A stretch of DNA of 64,000 nt from Oopsacas minuta (lineage: Eukaryota; Animalia; Porifera): the NCBI GenBank assembly GCA_024704765.1, contig JAKMXF010000277.1, positions 434,001-498,000 on the forward strand. The letters run 5' to 3'. The position numbers and the translations under genes are program-made. This document shows positions 11,201-23,200 of the stretch, one piece after another (position 1 is the first letter of the stretch; each line of letters opens with the position of its first letter). The notes under the pieces were generated by a model. The model worked only from the letters and a program-made list of their open reading frames with translations. It had not been told where the DNA came from and did no database searches.

Positions 11201-14200
11201 GCTAAGAATAATTCTTAGGTGACGCCAATTCATATTTTGAGAAACACTGAATGCTTCCTTAAATTTCTACAAAACCTGCACAAAGGTTATAAAGCTAAAA
11301 TCCAGCGATCTGCCATATTGCATACTTTTCTAATAATTACTCCAACAAAAGTCCATCCAAACACAAAATTCTCATGAAGTCCAAATCCCCGCCCCTAGGT
11401 AGCTTAATAACGAGTACAAATGAAAACTCCCAGATCGATAAGGTAGTGAACAAAATCCCTAATCCCCTCCCAATGGTACGGGTTTATAATTAATATAATA
11501 AATGTCCTATCACGTCCTCGTTTCTATAAATCCATATTCTATATTGATCTATCGACAACATAGCTAAAATAAATTCGGTCTGTCACAACATCCAAATTCG
11601 ACCTAATGCCAACACCGTAATTCGACCTAATGCAGCGCCCCCTACTCCATTAGTATTTTCCTAATCAATAATGATTCAAATCATTGAATTGATCAATGAG
11701 TTTATTTATCTTTTCGTACATTTCTTGCTTCTTCTTATTTTAATCTTGTTCTTTTCATCTCTGTTCCTCCATTTCCCTATCAATATTAAATGCTTTGGGT
11801 GGGTGAAATATAGGGATTGATTATTTACATTTACTCATGTATAGTATTATAAATGGAGCTGTATCGGGTCAGACATTCTCTGCTCTGGCCGGATCAGATT
11901 ACCCGGATAGGGATTGTAAATAGAATTTTGTCGCCAGAATAATCTTACATCTAATCGTGAGATTATTCACTAATCTCACGAATTTCAAAGTTTTTAGGTT
12001 CAGATCCCTGTTTACAGTAAGTGACTTGTTTTCGAAGCAAAACAAATCTCTATTCCACCAGAGGTTCTAAATAATATTGTTTGTTCCACAATTAATATTA
12101 TTCAGAGCCTCTCATAAAATAATCACAAATGTAGAATTGCTCCAAAAAGTGTACCTCAGTGCCTCATTACTTATACTTGTATAATCATATTCTTAGTAAA
12201 ATACAATATAATTAAGCTTTGTACACTACAGTGGAACCTCGATAATGCATGCACCTACGGATGGCCAAAATTTGTCCAAATTAATATCCTTGTGGAACCT
12301 GATTTTGTGCAAATATTTTTTCGACTTTTGTGGAAATTCGTTTAAACGAGTGTCTACTATATTTTCATCTTACAGATATCAAAATTCCTTTCCAAACACA
12401 GATGTTACTTTATAAATTTGCGGACGGATGTTGCTCATGTCCGGACAGAATCGAATATCCGGTACAGCCCTAATTATAGATACTATTTCTCTAATTTTTG
12501 AGTTTCAATACATGGCCTACCGCCTACTTAATACCAGGGATGCTAATCCAATCCAATCGAGACTATTATCGATTGTCGATTGACGCATTTCGTTTCGATT
12601 GGATTGTCGCCAATATTGCGACTTGATATCTCTCGGCGAATTTTCACCGATATTTTTTATGGGCCGTTCAAACATTGCATAATGCTACAAGGGGAGGGTG
12701 GTAGTATGCGAAGGAAATAATGTTAATAGGATATATTATCATTAATTTGTTTAATTTTTGTTGGTTCGTTACACTTCATTTCCTTGTATCGTCAAAAATA
12801 TATTTTCAATTAACTACACATTTTTTGAAAATGGGCTGATGAATATTCTGTTGTGGCATTGTATTTACAAATGTACCGTAATTGCTATGACTCCATGTAC
12901 AGATGACCGCAATATATAGTAGCAGCTATAGCGTGTTCCGCTGTTGATGAAAGGTTGTGTTTTAAAGACCCATCCTTGATAAACAGTAGTGGAGCTTACA
13001 GATAGGCTGACTATGTAATGCATTTTCACTTTAACACTTTTTACAGTTTTAAACCTTGATTGTAGGAAAGAGGTTATTGATGAGTTAATACAATTGGACA
13101 ACTCACACCCATTAAACCTAGCTATTCAGCAGAAAGCACTTGATTTACATATCCAAATACCTGTGTTAGAGGATAAATTAATACACTACACGGCTAAGAA
13201 TGGGACTGTGCAGTGCTTAACTTATCTACTCAATGCATGCCCTAATTTCCCTTACGATGATGTGAATGAGGATGGGAATACTCTTTTGCATTCGGCAGTT
13301 CAAGGCGGGATAAATGAACTTATCTATTTGATACTGGATATGGCAGGCAATCCGGACGGAATTTCAGATAATCAATCTAAGCTTGATAAGTTTTTGAATA
13401 TGACTAATTTAGCCGGTAAATTTATCTATTTTTTTCTGTTCGTCATATTTGTTAATTACCTCCTCCGGCCGCCTAATCTAGGATTTTATGAGATTAGTTA
13501 CTTGATAATTATACGTATCCAGTAGAACCTGCGTCATCGAACGCTAGTTTCCTACTAAGAACACCAGATGACAGCCTCATTCCGGTTATCCATTCAATTT
13601 ATCCACTAATTTCGTTTTTGTATGATCTAATGAATCACACATTCCACAGCTGTAAACTATTTCCAAGTTTAAAATACGCCTTATAATCGCATATTGGGAA
13701 AAATGCCCCAATTTTGAAACACTGTAAAACGCTGAATTTTGATCTTTGACTATAGTTTCAGATATGAAATAACCTAAAGCATAGCCTACTCTCTTTATGA
13801 ATTTCGAGCAGGGATGCGGTCGGAGATGAAGGGATTTTATGTGTAGATTCAATATTGCAGAACCGGTGCATTTTGTCCGAATAAATATATTGCCTATTTG
13901 TAAACAATATATTATCAACCATTATACCTATGCTAAAAATTAAGGAATTTATTAAAATATGTGTCTATTGAGTATTTATTTATGAAAACATGCCCTTCTT
14001 TGATCCCTTGTAGAATGGTAAACATTGCATCTTTCATTCCAAAAAAAAGCATATGGAATGATCTATAGATACCTTTTTCAAAATTGTGTCATGATAAAGT
14101 TAGCTCGTTCTTGAGTTACTGGAGACACCATGGATAACACATTGCAATAATATTCAGATAATTCACATCAAAATGTATTATAAGGGTATGGTAGGTTGGA

Positions 14201-17200
14201 TATTACTACAAATAGGCTATTCTGATTTGACCATAATTTTTATGATTAAGGATTCTAATTAGATTTTCAAAAAATGAGTCATCCATGGCATCTTCAGTAA
14301 CTCAAGAACGAGCAAACTTTACCAACAAAATTTTAATATTTTGCAAAAAAAGTTCTATAGATCATTTATTTTATATGTTTACTTTGAAATGAAAGATGCA
14401 ATATTTACCATTCTACAAGGTATCAAAGAATGGCATTTTTTCACTAATGAGTACTTAATAGACACATATTTTCACATATTCCTTAATTTTTAGCATAGCA
14501 TCCCTGGTCCAAAAATTCACAAGATGATGGTAGGTAGGCTATGCCTAACTATGTTTTATACAAAATAAAAATCATTGTCATAGCTCCTTTTTAGTTGCAT
14601 TTATGACCATGGATGACAAAATTTATCAATATCTATAGCCTACTAAAGATAAGGCCTGATCACTACTTTTAACCATGGATAAAAGGAAGTGTAATGCATT
14701 TAGATGGGAAATTCTGTAATCGCCAATATATGGAACTAATATATATTAGTCCGATAAATGTATTATTGATATGTAGGAATTCACAAAAGCCACATTTGTG
14801 AAAATTTTCATATTGAAGTTACGTCATCTGCTAGTATAATTGGCAAATATGAATTGAAAAATGCACCATCTTTGATACAATCAATGTAGAATGTTTATTA
14901 TTAATTTATCTACGTTCTAAATGTTTAAATACCTAATAATCTAGAACTGTTTCTGTACAAAATATAAATAATGTTCCATGATAAAGATAGCACTTTTCTG
15001 AGTTATCGCACAAACCATGGATTGCACTTATTTTGTTATTTTCTCTTAGTCTGGAAGTCAAAGGGCTTTTTTTGGCTTAACCTTGCATTGGAGTATATAT
15101 TTTGTTTTATAGTATTTACGATTGTTCGGCCCGTATGGAACCCTTTTCCACTTGCTGTCCCGTAGGAATGACCTAGGAATGTGTCAACATTCCATTCTCA
15201 AAAATTTTTCTAACCCTATCGAGTAACACCATGTTCGACGCCGCTAGCCGAGCTGAGTCTAGTTATGCACATATCGACCCTCTAAATGATCTTTAAATAC
15301 TCTTTTACTACATCGAACTCCATGGTCCCTCAATTTTCTCGATATTTTGGTTGCATATTAATATGAATACATTATGTTATCGACTGTTTTTGATTAATTC
15401 GTAGCTATATATTGATTCGTTTACCGTATGGTGTAGATCTCTGTAACTGGCCCAAATATTTATGCTAAACATCTGAATTATCTATATTACCACTATCTCT
15501 TATGATTAAATCCTGGAAGATAACTACATTGCATAGGATACAGGATATACTATACAGTGGGAAGTAGGTTGATTGCCCCAAACGGATACTTGTGATAGTT
15601 TGAGACAATCAAACGACTTCCTAGTGTATAGAATATCGTTTCTCCCGATTTTAAAACGAGTTATCTTTCAGGATAAATGTAAGGAATATATTGACGAATA
15701 TTTTTATTGGATCAAGATAACAGTGTTTTATTGTAAAACAATTCTTTAGAAGTTTCAGTAATGTGATATCTACTTACTGACTACGTACACAACTGTTCAA
15801 AGGCGACGTGGGCTCATTCTCCACTTAAAAATTACTTCTTGAAGGAATGTATTAACTGCATCATCATCCTCTCCATCGTTGTCTAACGGCATCTTGATAT
15901 CATTTATTGTAGGGAATGGAGGGCCTTTCTGATAATGTGCACAACCGCAGAAATATGATCCCTGGTTAGGGATGCCCTATTGTCCTTGGCTATTCTATTT
16001 GGGTAGGAAAAACACCTCTCCACTGCACAACTCCCTAACGGCATGGTGAGGAGCATCCCCGAAAGTAGTGAATGTTCAAGGTGCATCGCTCGAGTATATG
16101 ATTCTGAAATACATGATATCCAGAATCGCTTACTGCTTTTGGCTAAACAAATGTATCAGTTTCATATTATTGGCGATTATAGTAGAATTTCCCATCAAAA
16201 TATATCCACTTCCTTTTATTCCTAATCCATTGAAAATAGATCAGTGATCAGGCCCTATCTTTAGTAGGCTATGGAATAACAAATCACCGTTTTTCCCTGA
16301 ATAAACTCCGGGGATAGAAATGTGCCCTAAGATTTTTGAATCAAATTATCGCAACCCTCTAGAATATTTTTTTTTAAATTTCACACCACATTTAACCATG
16401 CAACAAAATTGTATAATTTGTTTCCCAAAATTCTTTAGATTTTCAAAGAAAGCCCACCAAATGAGAAGCGCCTTGGCACTTATTCAGAGCAATGTAGAAT
16501 AATTCGATAATCGTTATAATTATTAATCAAGTTAACATAACCAATTTAGCGATTTCTGTTCTGAAACTAGATATTTTCCGATGAAAAACATTGCCGAAAT
16601 TGCTTTGAGGGAATCCACAGTTAACTCTTACCTAACTTTGTAAGTCCTAAAATTCACTCTTAATAATATACAACCTATGCATATAATGACAAGTAAAGTT
16701 CATTGAAGGCAGAATTAAGACATTGAAAGTGGATATTAATATGGCTTTACATAATTGGCTCACATGTGGAAATGCATCTATAGAGTTATCCACACACCAA
16801 ATTTACTTGTACAGCCCGGGGTTAGAGTATCTATCTTTATCTTTATGTAGATACTCTAATATATTTAATAATTGCTTGTTTGTTTTCAAAGAAATGATTT
16901 TTGATAACTTATTTTAATTCGAATTTTGCCATTTAAGTAGTACGGTACTATGGTTATGTATTTATCGGAGTAGTAAATAGAATTCGTTAGAAAGTAAGTG
17001 AATACACTTTTATGTGACATATTTATTCAAGTTTTATCTACTTCTATATATGTATTTCCTCCATAAATAGATAGTTGACCCTAATCCGATTTTCACGCTT
17101 TTGAACTATTATTTTTATTAATGTGAAGTAAACAAACGAGTCTTAACAGCCACACAGTGGCAGAGTTGTTTGTTTTAAATCATAGTGTACAACTAATCCG

Positions 17201-20200
17201 CACTGGGTAACGCTTTTAAAACTCCTGTAATTAGAACATATCATATATGAACAATATTATATATTCTGGAAAACTGCTCCGAGATACTCTTGTTTATTTA
17301 TGCCTGTTATAAGAATATATTTAGCATCTCTCTAGCTCTATGGTGCATTGCGCTTTTATATGCTATAACCACTGTATTCATTTTGACATATCTTTGGAAC
17401 AATTGCTTGTGAGATTTCATCATTCGATAGTGAATTTTCTGCAAACAAGAAACTGAAAATAATGAATTGATGACACAACCTGAAATTCGTCAATTTTAGT
17501 TAAAAGGACGAAACAATGATTTTTATTAACCCTGCTGACTCATTGGAGACATTTGTTCCGAGAATGTCTCAGTGTGGATCAAAACCAATTATTGCAATCT
17601 TACTATTTGGACGGATACCTGATTCATAAATCATTATTTAAAGACAATTTAGAGGAGTTTTATACGTCTAGTTGCAACCAGATGACCGCGAAGTCGAATA
17701 TAGGGTTACTCAACAGGTTTCCAACAAATTTTGAGGATGGAATGTGTTACATTCCTGCATTGTCAGGAAATTTATTTCCATAGTGAAAGGAACCCTCTAT
17801 AGTAACGACTCTAGTGAAATTTCATCAGATTAATTCCTCTTAGCTTATATAATCACTTCATAAAGCTTGGTAGACTTGTCCAGCTGTCCTCTTAAAATCG
17901 CTAAACGCCTGACTATTCTGATCATTTTCATAATATCGTCAGAGATATGGTATCAATATGAAATACCATATTATGGGAAGTTGAGTATATTCTAAATATT
18001 GCAAATGATTTGTCCATGACCTTAACGATTGTCAAGTTATTGATAACTGTATGCAAAATGTGCTATAGATCACCCAGTAATATGTGAACTTGCCAATTTT
18101 CTAGTTATATTTATCAATTTCAGTACAAACTTCTTGAAATAGCTTCTAATACTTATATCAAAGAACAAAAGAGTACCAAATTTGGCCACAAAGCTTACTA
18201 ACAGGATACATTTCCTCATTCCAACAAATAAATGCATATTTGGATTGATTAAAAATATACCTACGTACTTAAACTCAGGGGAAAATGCACTTTTTCTCCA
18301 ATTTAGAAACTATTTTAATTCTTATGCTCTCGTTCTTTGCCCCGATATTGTAAGTTACTGTCAGGCCAGAGAGTTTAGTAGGTTACAGTTACTCTATTTT
18401 ATTTTCAGCCTGTCTGCCATTGAGGAGGAGGTCGGTTAGTTTTGCTAAATTATACCTTTTGTTGCAACCGAACAGTTCAATATTCGGTTTTTTGGCGAAT
18501 AGCTGATATTGGATTACCAACCGAATATCAGTATGTATTCGGTTTACGAGTAGTCAAAATGAATATTTTCAGTAGTATTCGGTTGAGTTTAACTAATATT
18601 ATCAGTATTCGTACAGGATTCAGTAAGGTTACTATTCATGAATACTGATTTTCAGTTCGAGAGGTTTCTACCTATAGCCTATGACCTGTATTATTTCCTC
18701 TTTATTGTGTCTAGGCAACACTGCGTTACATCTGTGTATGATTCACAAGAAGAGAGAGCCGATAAGACCTCTCCTTAGGGCTGGAGTAAAACTAAAGGTA
18801 GTTAACGCTAAGGGCAATACTCTATTACATCTAGCAGCTGAGAGGGATGAAATTGACTATATCAAGAGAATAATTAACTATCATCTTAGCGATACAACTG
18901 ATCAAGTTAGAGCGCTAGGTATGTTGGAGATCTTTATATCGTAGTTTGAGTTGACTGCAAGATCTTACAATTTCTGATACTGGAATATGATCTAATGGAA
19001 ATAGATCGGCCAGCAGTCGTTTTTGCGATGTACACTCGAACTCCCTTATCCAGGCCTCCGAAATATGGGCATCATTTATCCAAAAGGATTGAAATTAATT
19101 TGACCATTTTCAGAAATTATTCCTTTAATAGAGATGTCTTTGCTTGTAGTTCTTATCTAACACGTTTCTTTGTAACTAAAACCGTTAAAACATCTAGATT
19201 CGTAAATTTAATGTTATACCTGAGATCCGAAACTTCCCGATTAAGAGAGGTTCGAGTGTATATATAGTCCACATCAGGTAACTTGAACCCTCAGCAGAAA
19301 TCGCATTCTGTCCGAGATAATGAATGTTCTTGTTAACAGGAATTCGAATACGGATGTCGAGTGTATCATACTGATAGCTATAACTGATATATATGTTTGT
19401 ATATCCAGAAACTGGAAGGCCCCCAGGGCTTATTTTTGACATATAAGGATATTTTGGGCTAACTCGGACAAGTTCGAGGTGGAAGAAAATTCAAACCTAT
19501 GACGAAATTATGACATAATTGTCACTTTTTTGGAATTTCGAAAAATCTCAATATTCGCCACTGCTCAACCAATTTACGTGTTAGATTTAAATTTGGATCC
19601 AGATATCCCTCAATATACCTAATATGCTGACGTCATGACTGTGACCAAATGCTAACTCATCGCGGAATTATTACGTCATGATTATTGTACGAAAAATCGC
19701 AATTTTGAGAATTTCTACATACCCGAGGTGCGGAGAATAAATATTTCAAATTATATTCAGTTTGCTTCGCCTAATCGGGAACGGGGCGCTGCTTTAGTTA
19801 GAATTTTAAGGTTGTCATTAGTTAGAATTTTCTGAATTGTAACAAGTTAGAATCAATTTTTAGTCTATTGTAACAAGTTCGAATCGAATTCAGACTGTTG
19901 TCACAAGTCAGAATCAACTTTTCCGAGATATCGCGTGGCAAAACGTGGCCCGGGAAAAACTTTTTATTGTAGTAATTATACACCCGTACCATTGAGAGTG
20001 GATTAGGGATTTAGTTCACTATCTTATGGATCTGGGAGTTTTCATTTGTACTCGTTATTAAGCTACCTATGGGCGGGGATGTGGACTTCATGGTAATTTT
20101 GTGTTCGGATGGACTTTTGTTGGACTAATTATTAGTGAAGTCTGCAGAATGGCGGACCATGGATTTTTTGTTTTTTTCAACTTGTGACCACAGTCTGAAA

Positions 20201-23200
20201 TCCATTCTGACTTGTGACAATAGTCGGAAAATCGATTCTAACTTGTTACAATAGACTCATATTGATTCTAACTTGTTACAATTCAGAAAATTTTAACTAA
20301 TAACAACCTTATAATTCTAACTAAAGCATGCACACCTTGGGAACTTCGTAATACAGGACTTACAACTGATTTGGATCATGGATGGTAAGTAGATTGTAAT
20401 GTACTATTATTATATTTTGAATGGGAGGAATAGTGAGAAATTATTCTGATAATTGAACGTTTTATATGCATGCAATTACATTCTGTAACAACTTCACTTA
20501 TCTATTATCAAAATTGTCGAATGTTATCAAACAATAGAGCATCTTTTGGTTGATTTAGGTATTTTTAATGAAAATATACCTTATTCATTACAGGTAGTAC
20601 TCCAATAGTTAAACAGATGATATATGTATTTATTAATCATTTACTGAAACAATCCAATATTAGCTAAGATTGGAATTTCTTTAATTTCCTGTTGTTCTCC
20701 ATATTAGAAGTTCTTTTTGAAGATTTGAGTACCTTGAGTGAATTTAACTTTCGAACTTTATTTGTCAGAATACAATTAAAGATGGTACAAAGTTTTTCTT
20801 CAATATATCCCATTTAACCTTGAGACAGTTGTCACACTTACTTCTCTAAGACTCTGCTAGAGACGATGTATCTTCTATTTGATAGTAGAGATAGATACAT
20901 TAATTTTTGAGTGGTTGATGAACAAATTTGTTGAATAATATCGGTTGTACTTCAATTGCAGTAAATATTTTCCAAAGGAGAATGCACGATTCTAGAACTT
21001 CTAAAGCTGGATACTTTAATCCTCCTCGATCTGTTATTTGAATGAATTGTTCTTCTAAATGAATATCTCTCTGTTTGGTTAAACTAGCAAAGCATTCTCC
21101 GCACCTATCTTTGTATTTAGAGTATGTAGAACGGATAGCGTATCCAGCTACAAATGCCAATGCTAGGAGAGTAGTTTCGTATACTTCAGGAAGGAGATTA
21201 CAATTGTCCAACAGAGACAAGAAATCTTCAATTGGATGAATTTCAACTGGTACTTCTTCTGAGGAAAATGTCTTAATGAAGTCCTTAAGTGACATTTCTC
21301 GATCAGTTTCCTTCTGAAATAACTTTAAAATTGAAGAAAGCTTCAGCTTACGCTCACTTTCAAGGATTTGGAGGATAGATATATTGTACTGAGCACCTGA
21401 CATTTGTCGATAAACTCCAAAACGGTGTTCAAGTGGATCGTTCTGAAGACGGGAGGATAGAATATAAGCGAAACTACATGTCTCACTTGTAAGATAGTTA
21501 ACTATTAGAGGTAGCACTAAACAAGAATGTCTGAAACTAGAGAAAGTTTGAGGTGTTAACTTTCCTTATCAGGAAGCAATTTCCAAGTATCTAGCTATTA
21601 AACAACTTTATCAAGAAAAAAACGTTCATCATTGTTAATGAGTGGGTTTGAAAAGGAATCTCTTAAGCGCTCTCCTTTAATTGGACTGTTAACATTGAAG
21701 ATTTTCCAAATATGAACGATAACGTCTAAAATTCGTGAGTCTGAGATACAATAGCAGCACCCTGTAGTTGTTTATTTACCCTCAAGGTAACGTTCGTCGA
21801 TTCGCTAAAGAATGCCTACGCAAGAATAACATTTTGCCTCTCTAAATTGGTAGGCCAGCAAACTTTTGCAATCAATTTATAAGCTTGCTTCAAGGTGGAA
21901 GAGTGCTCAAGTCTGTATTGATTCCTAATATCTTCAAGGAAGCTCTGGACACAGACTGGTAAATTAGAGTTAATATTATCTTCAAAAGAAGGAAAAATAA
22001 AACTACACTGAGCATCACGTTGGTTGAGCCAATTGTTACGAATACATTTAATGATGTGGACAAAATCAAAAATGAGGAATAAAGGACGATTGGGGTCACA
22101 AGGATAAGGAACTGATTGTTCGGTTACATGCTTGCGCGATAATAATTTGAATAAACTTTGATTTAGCGGTAAGTTATCTCTACATAATATCACAACATTG
22201 AGATTGCACTTTTCAATATCAGTTATAACAGTAGTCACTATCTCAAAAACTTCTTAGCATCTGTACAGGCAAGTGGATATAGTCGAATTATTCCACTCCA
22301 TTTTTCGAAAGACTAGTAACCATGAAAGCTAGTACAGTTTTTGCCGCTACTTCTACATTCGAACTGGACGAGCCATAAATCTTTCCTCCTTTATAGCTAA
22401 AGTCAGACTGTGCATAAACCTCATCGATGTTTAATACAAGCTGACGTTGTTGTTTAGTAAACTTCGCAGTTGATTTAATGAGAAATTCTTTAAACTCGTA
22501 TTCCAAACCTGATTTTGAAGTAAGATTACGTAATGTAGATTGATGTGGAAGTGTAAGACATAGAGAAGTTTGAAGAAAACTATAACAAGCAGGGGAAATA
22601 AGTTAGCCTTTTAAGCAAGTGTCAGAGTGATCACATTGTATCTACATATATGCTTGGGAAGTAAGATATTTGCAAGTTGGCATAGTATAAATTGGAGACG
22701 AGGGATTGTTGATAATGCATCAGATTCATGATTAAGTTCAAACTTATCAATTGAAGATTGAAGATTAACAGTAGCTTGTTTGATTTCTTTTGGGAATCAT
22801 TTTGATGGTAGCTCGAAATATCATTAATAGAGGAATCAATTTCACGAACAGTCAAAAGTAGATCTTCTTCCCTGAAATCTTTAATACAGACAAAAATTGT
22901 TTGTAATTCAGATACATTGTCACGACATAAGTGCTTCAACCACATTTTAGCTAGCTCGGAATCTTTATGCAAAGTAAAGACAGTGTAGGTATTCTTTGAT
23001 CCAGGATAATTACTTTTACAATTTGGTACTGAACAACAATTTGGCATCGTGAATTAAGCTATATGCAAGAACTGAGGAATTAAAGTAGGATTAGGATGAA
23101 ATTATCATGAGTAATCTGAATTAGTACGAAAGCAAATATGAAAATGTCAAATAAGCGAATATATAACACGGGTAACTGAAAAAACATTATGACAAAAAAA

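Noticed and set aside
17148-17375. Transib MITE (CACAGTGG...CCACTGT)
   Set aside because: The inverted match is only ~7 bp and there is no 5-bp TSD.
17400-18440. Coding-like ORFs 17553-17783 and 18182-18439 as extra TRP exons
   Set aside because: No recognisable motif, and exons 3 and 4 already join in phase across an ankyrin GNTALH motif.
19820-20300. Regularly spaced ~26-bp repeats resembling a CRISPR array (also 55030-55490)
   Set aside because: The units are contiguous without unique spacers and are arranged as inverted arms of a foldback element. The context is eukaryotic with no cas genes.
23167-23200. Chapaev terminus as a V(D)J recombination signal (CAC heptamer plus A-rich nonamer)
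   Set aside because: The heptamer is CACGGGT, not CACAGTG, and the ACAAAAAAA run begins 18 bp after it, not 12 or 23. No RAG2-like partner is encoded inside the TIRs.
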